Positions 8,832 to 17,645 of a DNA stretch of 34,476 nt are shown here, piece by piece (positions within the stretch are counted from its first letter, which is position 1; each line of letters opens with the position of its first letter). Made by a program: the position numbers and the translations under genes. The DNA is taken from IMG/VR virus record IMGVR_UViG_3300044475_000303, positions 1 through 34,476 of that record; one strand, 5' to 3'. This stretch comes from a virus (Duplodnaviria; Caudoviricetes). Below the pieces are notes generated by a model. The model was not told the DNA's origin. It did no database searches and was given only the letters and a program-made list of their open reading frames with translations.

Positions 8832-9257
8832 ATGGCTTCCATAGGTGATCGCCTTCGCGAAGAGCGCGAGCAGCTAGGTTTCAACCAGACAGCTTTCGGT
8901 GCGATAGGCGGCGTGCAAAAGCAGGCACAGCTCAAGTACGAGAAGGGGGAGCGGTTCCCCGGAGCAGATTATTTGGCTGCGGTGGCCAAGGTCGGTGCAG
9001 ATGTGCAGTACATCGTCACTGGCATCCGCTGCCCTAGCGCGCTATCGGATGACGAGTCCGAGCTGGTGGCTAGATTCCGTAAGGCGCCTGTTGCAGTAAA
9101 GGCATCAGCCTTGGCGGGGTTGGCTGCTGGTGGCCAACCTCTAGGCAAAGATCCGAAGCAGGTTTTCCATGGAAGTGTTGGCCAAGTAGTTGAGGGTTCC
9201 ATTACCAATGAGGCTGGCGTGTCATTCAATTTCGGGGTCAACAAGACCAAGGGGTAA
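8832..9257 (+). CDS. Prophage repressor (XRE HTH), no S24 peptidase domain, Gly/Val/Asn/Gln-rich C-tail
   Basis: IGDRLREEREQLGFNQTAFGAIGGVQKQAQLKYEKGERFP...DVQYIVTG; divergent from the ner-like gene. The start could alternatively be 8802. Confidence 0.9.
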   Translation: MASIGDRLREEREQLGFNQTAFGAIGGVQKQAQLKYEKGERFPGADYLAAVAKVGADVQYIVTGIRCPSALSDDESELVARFRKAPVAVKASALAGLAAGGQPLGKDPKQVFHGSVGQVVEGSITNEAGVSFNFGVNKTKG

Positions 9258-9261
9258 GGCC

Positions 9262-9744
9262 ATGAGTCAGGATTTCCATGGCGATGTAGGCCAAGTGGCC
9301 GGCGAAAAAATCGTCAACAAAGGGGGTAAAACCCGCCTGGAACTACATATCCAGGGAGACAACTACGGCCACATTTCAGTCGGAAGTGAGAGGAATGACG
9401 GAGATGGGTACGAACGGCCGATTCATCTATTCTCGAAACCTGAACTGTATGAGGCCTTGCGCTACTGGCGCGCTCAATGGTGGGGTGCTCATAGGGCCTA
9501 TTGGCTGAACATACCTACTGCACTTTTACTATCCATCATCGTCGGGCTGTGCTACGGCCTTCTCAACGGAGCTTTAGTGAGTTTTAGGTCCGGGCCTACT
9601 TGGGAAATAGTGATTCCATTAATGTTGGCGATGTTCGGTTGTATGGCGTGGCTGGCCAACATACGACGTGTGGAGTCCCTACTCATAGCTGAAAGCGGTA
9701 GTGCAATTGATTTCATCCAAGCGGAGCTCCGCAAGAGAAGGTAA
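9262..9744 (+). CDS. Two-TM membrane protein with an N-terminal motif shared with the repressor C-tail
   Basis: ATG 4 nt after the repressor stop; hydrophobic segments IPTALLLSIIVGLCYGLLNGALVSF and IVIPLMLAMFGCMAWLANI; visibly lower GC than the flanks. Confidence 0.8.
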   Translation: MSQDFHGDVGQVAGEKIVNKGGKTRLELHIQGDNYGHISVGSERNDGDGYERPIHLFSKPELYEALRYWRAQWWGAHRAYWLNIPTALLLSIIVGLCYGLLNGALVSFRSGPTWEIVIPLMLAMFGCMAWLANIRRVESLLIAESGSAIDFIQAELRKRR

Positions 9745-9838
9745 CCAGTCACCTTCCCACACCCTTGGCAGTGCATGTTCGGAGCAATCATGTGCTGCTT
9801 CTGGTTTAGATAGCGAATCGGTAAATATGGAGAAAGCC

Positions 9839-10237
9839 ATGTGGAAGGGGATTTTGGCTGCGGCCCTTGGGATGCTGACTGCTTGTGGTGGAGATGCACC
9901 GAAACAGCCGACTGTTTTCAATGTGCCCACTAAGGACGAACTGGTCCTGGCTTCAATTCCTGCGATCAGGCAGGCCTGCCCTGGCTTGGATAAGTACGCT
10001 GGGAGTTTCCAAGGCACTCGAGTTGAGGACCAGTTCCGAACAACTATTGTCTTCGATGTCAGTGAGCGCAACACGATCCCTGAGCCCTATAAGGCAACTG
10101 GTCACAGCTGCTTCATTGAAATCGAGAAGGATGGCAGTGCAATCCTAATCGAGAAGAAAGCTTGCAAGTCGGTCTGTCTAGATCAGTTAGACGTCCCTGA
10201 TGGGCAGCTAAAAATCTCACTAACACCGATGAAGTAG
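9839..10237 (+). CDS. Lipoprotein of unknown function (accessory)
   Basis: SD GGAG at 9829-9832; MWKGILAAALGMLTA-C lipobox; four further Cys residues. Confidence 0.8.
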   Translation: MWKGILAAALGMLTACGGDAPKQPTVFNVPTKDELVLASIPAIRQACPGLDKYAGSFQGTRVEDQFRTTIVFDVSERNTIPEPYKATGHSCFIEIEKDGSAILIEKKACKSVCLDQLDVPDGQLKISLTPMK

Positions 10238-10259
10238 CTAGGTTAAACCTTCGTTAGAC

Positions 10260-10306
10260 CTCTTTAAACCTGATTAAAAGAACTCCTGCTGCACGCCGCC
10301 GATCAT
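10260..10306 (+). promoter_or_regulatory. Late promoter 1 (lysis/packaging): activator box plus -10-like hexamer
   Basis: CTCTTTAAACCTGATTAAAAG (10260-10280), 20 bp, GATCAT; one of four copies. Confidence 0.8.
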
Positions 10307-10364
10307 GGCGGCGTGTTCGTTTCCGGCGCCCGCAACCTGCGGCGCCAATCCAGCAGGAGGCGCC

Positions 10365-10832
10365 ATGCGGCCCAACTCTCCACGCGGCATCCGCAACTTC
10401 AACCCTGGCAACATTCGCCACGCCAAAGGCACCCGCTGGCAGGGTATGTCTGCCAATCAAAACGACAAGGACTTCGTTACCTTCACGGGCCCGCAATGGG
10501 GCATCCGTGCCATTGCCCGTACGCTGATCACCTACCAGGACAAGCATGACCTGCGCAGCATTCGCAAGGTGATTGGCCGCTGGGCACCGCCCAACGAGAA
10601 CAATACCGAAGCCTACATTCGCCAGGTCGCCACGCGCGTTGGTGTATCGCCAGATGGCCATATCGACATCTACGACTACCGGACCATGCGCGCCCTGGTC
10701 GAAGGGATCATCCGCCACGAAAACGGTGCAGGCCCGCTTCCTGATGGGGGTTGGTACGGAGAGGCGCTGATCAACGAAGGCCTGCACCTGGCAGGCGTGG
10801 TCCCTGGTGCATATCACGGGGAGCAGGCATGA
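10365..10832 (+). CDS. Putative endolysin (lysozyme-like, NPGNIR family)
   Basis: SD AGGAGG; RGIRNFNPGNIR and RWAPPNENNTEAY motifs; first late gene, upstream of holin and spanins. Confidence 0.75.
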   Translation: MRPNSPRGIRNFNPGNIRHAKGTRWQGMSANQNDKDFVTFTGPQWGIRAIARTLITYQDKHDLRSIRKVIGRWAPPNENNTEAYIRQVATRVGVSPDGHIDIYDYRTMRALVEGIIRHENGAGPLPDGGWYGEALINEGLHLAGVVPGAYHGEQA

Positions 10833-11053
10833 AGCTGATCGACAACTGCCATTGCTGCTGGAAGCTTCACAGCGTCCAGCTGGCTATCGTCATCGCCATG
10901 CTCGGTCTCCTGCAGGGCACCATCCTGCCGATGTGGGAGGCCCAGCTGTCTCCGGCGACTTACGCCATGGTGAACAGCGTGCTGGCCGGTGCGTTGTTCA
11001 TCGCCCGCTTGATCAAACAGGGCCCTGAGCAACCAGAGCAAGGGGGCGAGTGA
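10829..11053 (+). CDS. Putative holin
   Basis: ATGA overlap with the lysin; 74 aa, two hydrophobic segments, ends ARLIKQ plus a polar tail. Confidence 0.7.
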   Translation: MKLIDNCHCCWKLHSVQLAIVIAMLGLLQGTILPMWEAQLSPATYAMVNSVLAGALFIARLIKQGPEQPEQGGE

Positions 11054-11241
11054 TGAGAATGCTCGCCCGCTGGTTCATCCACCTGCTGTCCCTGTGTCCC
11101 ATCATCCAGCCAAAGGCAGGTGCTGCGAGCTGGTATGGCCCTCAATCCATGAGCCGCTCGGGCAAGACCGGCATCGCGGCAGCGCGCCGCGCCGCACGCA
11201 AGGTTCGCAATCGCAGGAGGCACCGCCATGGGCGCGCTTGA
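11050..11241 (+). CDS. Small Arg-rich hypothetical protein
   Basis: GTGA overlap with the holin; hydrophobic N-terminus and the tail AARRAARKVRNRRRHRH. Confidence 0.6.
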   Translation: MMRMLARWFIHLLSLCPIIQPKAGAASWYGPQSMSRSGKTGIAAARRAARKVRNRRRHRHGRA

Positions 11242-11833
11242 GTCGTTGCGTCGGTTCATCCCCATCCTTGCAGCCTTTGCCTGGATGGTGACGGTGCTCA
11301 TTGCCTTCACGGCGGGCGATGAAAGCGCCACTGCTCGCGAGCGTGCAGCAGGCCAGGAAGCACTGGCCAGGCTGAAGCAAGAACATGCGGATCAACGTGC
11401 TGAGGTGGCCGAGGCAAACCTAGCCAAGTTCCAGCAGCAAGTTGAGCGCGTTAACCAGGTCGCCCAGCAGCTGCAGCAAACCCAGCAGCAGCTCGCCAGC
11501 GCTCACCTAGAACTCCAGGAGCGAATCCCCAATGTCACTACCGTCTACCTCCCGGAGCCCGCTGGCAAGCCTGCTCCTATCCCTCGCTGCGTGTTCACTG
11601 CTGGCTGGGTGCGCGACTTCAACCTTGCCCTCGGAGGCGCCCCTTTGTCTGCCTCCACCAGTGGCGCCAACCCCGCCAGCTATGACGCAGCCGCCTGGCC
11701 CGCCCCCGGTACTGCGCAAGAACTACTGGAAAGCGGGGTCACCCCCGCAGACATCCTTGCCTTCGCCCAAGACTACGGGCGTTGGGCCCTGGATCTCCGA
11801 GCCAAGCTCGTCGCGTTTCAACGGAAGGACTGA
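11228..11833 (+). CDS. Rz-like inner-membrane spanin
   Basis: N-terminal TM, Gln/Ala-rich coiled coil, position in the lysis cassette; SD AGGAGG. Confidence 0.75.
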   Translation: MGALESLRRFIPILAAFAWMVTVLIAFTAGDESATARERAAGQEALARLKQEHADQRAEVAEANLAKFQQQVERVNQVAQQLQQTQQQLASAHLELQERIPNVTTVYLPEPAGKPAPIPRCVFTAGWVRDFNLALGGAPLSASTSGANPASYDAAAWPAPGTAQELLESGVTPADILAFAQDYGRWALDLRAKLVAFQRKD

Positions 11834-11849
11834 CCGCATATGGATGTAG
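11532..11849 (+). CDS. Rz1-like outer-membrane lipoprotein spanin, overlapping Rz in the +1 frame
   Basis: LASLLLSLAACSLLAG-C lipobox followed by a Pro-rich chain; AGGAG upstream. Confidence 0.6.
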   Translation: MSLPSTSRSPLASLLLSLAACSLLAGCATSTLPSEAPLCLPPPVAPTPPAMTQPPGPPPVLRKNYWKAGSPPQTSLPSPKTTGVGPWISEPSSSRFNGRTDRIWM

Positions 11850-12058
11850 CTGATCTGGCGCAAGACAACGATTTCACCGAAGCAGCGTTACATGCCCACG
11901 CCTCGGGCCTGCATCGCCGCTCCGGCCCTTCGGCCTACCGCTGCGAAGAGTGCGGTGACGCGATCCCCGAAGAACGCCGCCAGGCTGAGCCGGGGGTTGA
12001 GCTGTGCGTGGAATGCAAGACCACCCTTGAACACCTGAGCAAACGGGGGCTGCGATGA
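11840..12058 (+). CDS. TraR/DksA C4 zinc-finger protein
   Basis: MDVADLAQ (DxxDxA) N-terminus and CEECG...IPEERR...CVEC. Confidence 0.9.
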   Translation: MDVADLAQDNDFTEAALHAHASGLHRRSGPSAYRCEECGDAIPEERRQAEPGVELCVECKTTLEHLSKRGLR

Positions 12059-12348
12059 ACCTGAATGAGCTCGAATTCGGTTTCCAGACGGTGCAGTGGG
12101 TCGTGATCACTGTGGTCGGCATCTACACCTGGATGACCAATCGGCAGGCGGCCAGCGCCCAAGAGATGCTGGAGCTGCGCACCCGGATAGTCGCCCTGGA
12201 AGAGCGCATCCGCCACCTGCCAGACCACGGCGCCATCACCGAGCTGCTCGGTGACATGAAAGCTGTCCGCGCCGAACTCACGGCCATGCAAGGCCTGACC
12301 CGAGCAGTGGACCGCATCAACGATTATCTGCTGCGAGAAAAAGCATGA
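12055..12348 (+). CDS. Mu gp25-like (DUF2730) membrane-anchored protein
   Basis: N-terminal TM, RIVALEERIRHLP, coiled coil; synteny. Confidence 0.75.
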   Translation: MNLNELEFGFQTVQWVVITVVGIYTWMTNRQAASAQEMLELRTRIVALEERIRHLPDHGAITELLGDMKAVRAELTAMQGLTRAVDRINDYLLREKA

Positions 12349-12638
12349 CCCAATATTCCGAATTCCTGCGCCAGGACATGCGCCTGGTCATCCTGCGCCT
12401 GCTGGCTGAAATGCCTGCCTACCGTGCCAACAGCTCGGTGCTGAACGCCGCCCTGGACAATTACGGCCACAGCGTCAGCCGTGACCAGGTCAAGACCGAG
12501 CTGCAGTGGCTGTCTGAGCAAGGGGCTGTGTCACTGGACGATATTGGCCCGGTACTGGTAGCCACCCTGACCGAACGTGGCCAGGACATTGCTGCAGGGC
12601 GCGCACGCTGCCCTGGTATCAAGCGTCCGGGGGCCTGA
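12345..12638 (+). CDS. Mu gp26-like winged-helix protein
   Basis: RLVILRLL...ANSSVL...SRDQVKTELQWLSEQG...LTERGQDIAAG...PGIKRP. Confidence 0.8.
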   Translation: MTQYSEFLRQDMRLVILRLLAEMPAYRANSSVLNAALDNYGHSVSRDQVKTELQWLSEQGAVSLDDIGPVLVATLTERGQDIAAGRARCPGIKRPGA

Positions 12639-12640
12639 CC

Positions 12641-13192
12641 ATGGCGGGTAAATCGTCGGTCAACCGCCTGCCTCCAGTGGTCAAGGCGTACCTGCAGAAG
12701 CTGTTGCGAGAAGATCGCATGACCCTCGACGAAATGATCGAGGATCTGCGCAGCCGCTTCCCCAACGAGAAGGTGCCCAGTCGCTCCGCATTGGGGCGTT
12801 TCAAGGTGGGTTTCGAACAGCTCACCGAGAAAGCCCGCCAGCATCGTGAGCAGGCTGAGGCGTTCGTCGGCGCTCTGGGCGAGGATGCGAGTGACAAGAC
12901 TGGTGCCTTGCTGGTGGAGGCTATCTCGACCCTGACCTATCAGGCCGCGATGGGCGCCCATGAGAAGGACGAGGTAACCATCAAGGAGGTGGCCACCCTG
13001 GCCCGTGCGGCCAAAGCCACCATGGAAGCCCGAACCCTCAGCGTCAAAGAGCGCCAGGCCATCGAGAAGGTCGTGCGAGAGCGTGTGCTCCAGGAGCAAG
13101 CGGCCGAGCTGGACAAGGAAGTCCGTAGTGGCGGTATGGACGAGGATCAGGCGCTGTTCTGGCGGCAGAAGTTCCTGGGAGTGAAGGTATGA
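12641..13192 (+). CDS. Terminase small subunit (Mu gp27 / DUF3486)
   Basis: GKSSVNRLPP and PSRSALGR motifs; directly upstream of the large subunit. Confidence 0.82.
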   Translation: MAGKSSVNRLPPVVKAYLQKLLREDRMTLDEMIEDLRSRFPNEKVPSRSALGRFKVGFEQLTEKARQHREQAEAFVGALGEDASDKTGALLVEAISTLTYQAAMGAHEKDEVTIKEVATLARAAKATMEARTLSVKERQAIEKVVRERVLQEQAAELDKEVRSGGMDEDQALFWRQKFLGVKV

Positions 13193-14808
13193 GCCAGCCG
13201 GCAGTAAAGCCCAGCACCAGCACGCTTCGCGTTGTCGAGTGGGACGAGCTGCCGGAGTCGGTTCGCACTATTCCGCAGGGCTACAACCCGATCACCGAAG
13301 GCTTGCTGATGGCGCACCAGGCCGATTGGCTGGCAATTCAGGCGCAGATCAAACTGTGTGAGAAAGGCCGTCGTACCGGGATCACCTTTGCCGAGGCACT
13401 TGATTCCGTAATCACCGCCGCCTCTCGCAAGATCGCGGGCGGCATGGATGTGTTCTACGTCGGTGATACCAAGGAAAAGGGCCTGGAGTTCATCGGCTAC
13501 TGCGCCAAGTTCTCTCGCGTGATCGCCGAGGCCCAGGCATCCGGTGTCAGTGAGATCGAAGAGTTTTTGTTCGAAGACCAGGACGCCTCTGGCAACACCC
13601 GCCAGATTAATGCCTACCGTATCCGCTACGCCTCAGGCTTCAAGATCGTCGCTCTGTCGAGCAACCCCGCCAACCTGCGCGGTTTGCAAGGCAAGGTGAT
13701 TATTGATGAGGCGGCCTATCACCGTAACGTATCGGCGGTGCTCGATGCCGCTACCGCCTTGCTGATCTGGGGCGGTCGCATCGTCATCATCAGTACCCAC
13801 AACGGCAAGTCCAACGCCTTTAACCAGATGATCGCCGACATCCAGGAAGGCCGGTACGGCGATGCGGCAGTGGTTTATAAAGCCACCTTTGACGATGCCG
13901 TGGCCAACGGCTTGTTCGAACGGCGCTGCATGATGCGCGGTGAGACGCCAACCCCAGAGGCCAAGGAGGCCTGGTACAAGAGCATCCGCAATGCCTATGG
14001 CCCACGTAAGGCCCAGATGCGCGAGGAGCTGGACGCCATCCCGCGTGACGGTAATGGCGTGTGCGTGCCTGGCGTGTGGATCGAGGACGCGATGCGCCCA
14101 GATCGGCAGGTATTGCGCTTGGCTTTGGACGAAGGCTTCACCCTGCAGCCGCTTTATCGACGCGAAGCGTGGGTTGATACCTGGATTGAGCAGCACCTGG
14201 TGGGGTTGCTGCAGCAGCTCGATCCTGAGCAGCGCTGGTTCCTGGGCATGGACTACGCCCGCCACCGGGACTTTTCCATCATCTGCCCTATGTCGGTTAA
14301 TCAGCAGCGCCATCGTGACATCCCATTTGTGGTGGAGATGCACAAGGTGCCCACTCGCCAGCAACAGCAGGTGCTCTTCACGATCCTGCGCGCGCTCCCC
14401 AACTTCATGTGCGCCGCCCTCGACGCCTCCGGCAACGGTGAAACACTCGCCGAAGACACCGCCGATGAGTTCGGCCGCGAACGTATTCACCAGGTGAAGC
14501 TGTCGCGGGCCTGGTATGGCGCCTGGATGCCACGCTTCGTCGGCATGTTCGAGGACGGCACCATCACTTTGCCCAAGGACGACTCTCTGCACCAGGACAT
14601 CAGGGCCATCGAGACCGTGGATGGCATCCCCATGATCGTCAAGGCCCGCCAGCAAGACCTCAAGGACCCGGAGCTGTACCGCCATGGCGACTTCGCCGGT
14701 GCTGGTGTGTTGGCCACCTTCGCCACCCTGGAAGCGGCCTCTGGCCCTGTCACAGTCAAATCCCGCCGTCCGAGAATGACGGCCCGTATTACTCAGGGGT
14801 ACACATGA
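13189..14808 (+). CDS. Terminase large subunit (Mu gp28-like)
   Basis: EKGRRTGIT (Walker A-like), VIIDEAA (Walker B), ISTHNG, nuclease motifs GMDYAR and HGD. Confidence 0.93.
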   Translation: MSQPAVKPSTSTLRVVEWDELPESVRTIPQGYNPITEGLLMAHQADWLAIQAQIKLCEKGRRTGITFAEALDSVITAASRKIAGGMDVFYVGDTKEKGLEFIGYCAKFSRVIAEAQASGVSEIEEFLFEDQDASGNTRQINAYRIRYASGFKIVALSSNPANLRGLQGKVIIDEAAYHRNVSAVLDAATALLIWGGRIVIISTHNGKSNAFNQMIADIQEGRYGDAAVVYKATFDDAVANGLFERRCMMRGETPTPEAKEAWYKSIRNAYGPRKAQMREELDAIPRDGNGVCVPGVWIEDAMRPDRQVLRLALDEGFTLQPLYRREAWVDTWIEQHLVGLLQQLDPEQRWFLGMDYARHRDFSIICPMSVNQQRHRDIPFVVEMHKVPTRQQQQVLFTILRALPNFMCAALDASGNGETLAEDTADEFGRERIHQVKLSRAWYGAWMPRFVGMFEDGTITLPKDDSLHQDIRAIETVDGIPMIVKARQQDLKDPELYRHGDFAGAGVLATFATLEAASGPVTVKSRRPRMTARITQGYT

Positions 14809-16304
14809 GCAACAAAGGCGTGTGGGTAAGCCCCACCGAGTTCGTTACCTTCGCCGAGGCCAAGCGCGACAAGAGCCTCACCGATCACATTGCCAGCCGT
14901 GGGCGCAGCTTCGATGCGCAGGCGCTGGGCATGTACTTGCCAAACCCGGACCCGATCCTCAAGGCCCAAGGCAAGGACATCAAGATCTATCGCGATCTGC
15001 GCAGTGCCGCCCTGGTAGGCGGAAACATCCGCCGTCGCAAGGCATCGGTGCTGGCCTTGGAGCGCAACCTCAAGCGTGAACAGGCGCCCGTGCGGGTAGA
15101 GCGTTTCGTCCGAGACTGGCTGGCCGACCTCGATCTGGACCGGATCATCCGCGAGCTGCTCGATGCCGCCTTGTTCGGCTATCAGCCCGTAGAGCTGATG
15201 TGGAAACCAGTCGGGCTGCAGCTGGTCCCCGCAGACTTGCTTGGCAAGCCGGCCGAGTGGTTTCTATATGACCAGGACAACCAACTGCGCTTCCGTGCCC
15301 GCGATGCCGGTATCCAGGGCGAGCTGTGCGACCCGCAACGATTTGTGGTTGCTCGGCAGGATGCAACCTACAACAACCCTTATGGTTTCGCTGACCTGTC
15401 CATGTGCTTCTGGCCAGTCGTGTTCATGAAGGGGGGGCTGAAGTTCTGGGTCCAGTTCACCGAGAAGTACGGCAGTCCCTGGCTCATCGGCAAGCACCCG
15501 CGCGGCGCATCCACCAAGGAAACCGACGACCTGCTGGATAGCCTGGATCAGATGGTCCAGGACGCAGTGGCTGTGGTGCCGAACGATTCCAGCGTAGAGA
15601 TCAAGGAAGCGGCCGGAAAAACCGGCAGCGCAGACGTTTATCGAGAGCTGCTGATGTATTGCCGCAGCGAGATCAACGTGGCGCTGCTGGGGCAGAACCA
15701 AACCACTGAGGCCACCTCGACCCGCGCGAGTGCTCAGGCCGGCTTGGATGTGACAGAGGACATCCGTGATGGTGATGCCAGCATCGTGGCAGCTACGCTA
15801 AACGCGGTGATCCGTCGAGTGGTGGATATCAACTTCGGTGAGAGCGTTGATGCTCCGGTCTACGACCTGTGGGAGCAGGAGCAGATCGACAAGATCCTGG
15901 CTGAGCGCGACAAGTCGCTTACGGACTCTGGCGTCAGATTCACCAACGCCTATTGGCAGCGCACATACAACCTGCAAGATGGCGACATCGAAACGGCCCC
16001 GGCCGCGCAGCCTGGGCCTGAGTTCGCCGAGCCCTCTGCATTGCGCCCGGTGCTCGACCAAGTGGCGTTGGACCAGGCCATCGATGGCCTGGCGCCTACG
16101 GATCTGCAGCTGCAGGCAGAACAAGCGTTGCTGCCGGTGATCGAGGCTCTGCAGAAGGGCCGCGATGAAACCGAGGTGCTTGGCCTGCTTGCCGAGACGG
16201 CCCCCGACCTGGACGCAGCAGCCCTGCAGGCCACGCTCGCCAGGCTACTGTTCATGGCAAACCTTTGGGGCCGCCTCAGCGCTGCGGCTGATCTGGAGGA
16301 TTGA
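14805..16304 (+). CDS. Portal protein (Mu gp29 / DUF935)
   Basis: 499 aa after TerL; LLDAALFGYQPVEL, FTEKYGSP, LLGQNQTT motifs. Confidence 0.92.
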   Translation: MSNKGVWVSPTEFVTFAEAKRDKSLTDHIASRGRSFDAQALGMYLPNPDPILKAQGKDIKIYRDLRSAALVGGNIRRRKASVLALERNLKREQAPVRVERFVRDWLADLDLDRIIRELLDAALFGYQPVELMWKPVGLQLVPADLLGKPAEWFLYDQDNQLRFRARDAGIQGELCDPQRFVVARQDATYNNPYGFADLSMCFWPVVFMKGGLKFWVQFTEKYGSPWLIGKHPRGASTKETDDLLDSLDQMVQDAVAVVPNDSSVEIKEAAGKTGSADVYRELLMYCRSEINVALLGQNQTTEATSTRASAQAGLDVTEDIRDGDASIVAATLNAVIRRVVDINFGESVDAPVYDLWEQEQIDKILAERDKSLTDSGVRFTNAYWQRTYNLQDGDIETAPAAQPGPEFAEPSALRPVLDQVALDQAIDGLAPTDLQLQAEQALLPVIEALQKGRDETEVLGLLAETAPDLDAAALQATLARLLFMANLWGRLSAAADLED

Positions 16305-16306
16305 CG

Positions 16307-17131
16307 ATGTCCAAAGCCAAGCAGGTCAATCCGGCCGACCTCAAAGCCATCTTCGGCCTGGAGCCGGCGGCAGCCATCGACTACCTCAAGCACAAGGGCT
16401 ACACGATCACCTGGGACTGGCAGGACATGCTGGATGAGGCACACAGCCAGTCGTTCACCGTGGCCAAGGCCATGCGCCTGGATCTGCTGTCCGATATCCG
16501 CGAGGCATTGGAGCGGGTACAGAAGGAAGGCAAGACGCTGCAGCAGTTCACCAAAGAGCTGCAGCCCGTTCTTGAACAGCATGGTTGGTGGGGTAAGCAG
16601 GTACTGGTCGATAGCAAGGGCGAGGCTGAGTTAGTCCAGCTGGGCAGCCCGCGCCGCCTCAAGACCATCTACCAAACCAACCTCCAGAGCGCCTACATGG
16701 CCGGGCGACAGGCGACCATGGAGGAATCGGTCGAGACTCACCCTTACTGGCGCTATGTCGCAGTGATGGATGGTAAGACCCGCCCCAGCCATGCAGCCCT
16801 TAATGGCGTGGTGTACCGGCATGATGATCCGGTCTGGTTCACCATCTTTCCGCCCAACGGGTTCAACTGTCGATGCCGAGTGACAGCACTCTCGGCGGCT
16901 GCGGTGAAACGGCGTGGTCTCAAGTTGGTCAGCAGCAATGGCAACGTTCGTACCGAAACCGTCGAAGTCGGAATCAACAAGCGCACTGGAGAGATCCGCA
17001 CTGCCGACATCACTATCGTTAAAGTGACTGACTCTGCAGGGCGATCCCGCCAGTTCCGTACTGACCCCGGTTTCAACCACAGCCCTGGCAATGGTCTGGC
17101 TGCAGCGCTCAAGATTAAGGAGTCCGCATGA
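16307..17131 (+). CDS. Head morphogenesis protein (Mu gpF/gp30)
   Basis: FTVAKA, RLKTIYQTN, DGKTRPSH and PPNGFNCRC motifs. Confidence 0.93.
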   Translation: MSKAKQVNPADLKAIFGLEPAAAIDYLKHKGYTITWDWQDMLDEAHSQSFTVAKAMRLDLLSDIREALERVQKEGKTLQQFTKELQPVLEQHGWWGKQVLVDSKGEAELVQLGSPRRLKTIYQTNLQSAYMAGRQATMEESVETHPYWRYVAVMDGKTRPSHAALNGVVYRHDDPVWFTIFPPNGFNCRCRVTALSAAAVKRRGLKLVSSNGNVRTETVEVGINKRTGEIRTADITIVKVTDSAGRSRQFRTDPGFNHSPGNGLAAALKIKESA

Positions 17132-17610
17132 TTACCGTCGAGCTGGACCACCAACAGTTACAAGAGGCCCTTCGGCGTGTTGAGTGGGCGGTGGGAGATC
17201 TCGCCCCGCTGATGCGTGGCGTCGCTGCTGAGCTGGCCAGCATCACGGAAGAGAACCTGGAGGACGAAGGCCAGTCAGGCAAACCCTGGCAAACACTGTC
17301 TGAAGTCACCACTGCTGTTCGTGAAGCTGCAGGTACGTGGCCTGGGCAAATGTTGCAGATCACTGCCGGGGGCCTGGCAGCCTCCATCACCACCCAAGCC
17401 GACGACAGCAGTGCCCTTGTCGGCAGCAACAAGGTCTATGCAGCGATGATGCATTTCGGGGGCGAGAAGAATGAGTTCACCCACCTGTGGGGTGACATTC
17501 CAGGGCGCCCCTATCTGCCCATGGACACAGAGGGCAAGTTGCAGCCCGAGGCCGGCGAGGCGATCCTGGACCTGGCACTTGCTCACTTGGAAAAGGCCGC
17601 ACGCCTGTAA
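17128..17610 (+). CDS. Virion morphogenesis protein (Mu gpG-like)
   Basis: VGSNKVYAAMMHFGG and IPGRPYLP motifs; follows gpF. Confidence 0.88.
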   Translation: MITVELDHQQLQEALRRVEWAVGDLAPLMRGVAAELASITEENLEDEGQSGKPWQTLSEVTTAVREAAGTWPGQMLQITAGGLAASITTQADDSSALVGSNKVYAAMMHFGGEKNEFTHLWGDIPGRPYLPMDTEGKLQPEAGEAILDLALAHLEKAARL

Positions 17611-17618
17611 CGGCCATA

Positions 17619-17645
17619 GGAGCGCCTGTGCGGCATAGGCGCTCC
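17619..17645 (+). terminator. Strong stem-loop after gpG (possible terminator or processing site)
   Basis: GGAGCGCCTGTG-CGG-CATAGGCGCTCC; only a weak U-tract follows. Confidence 0.45.
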
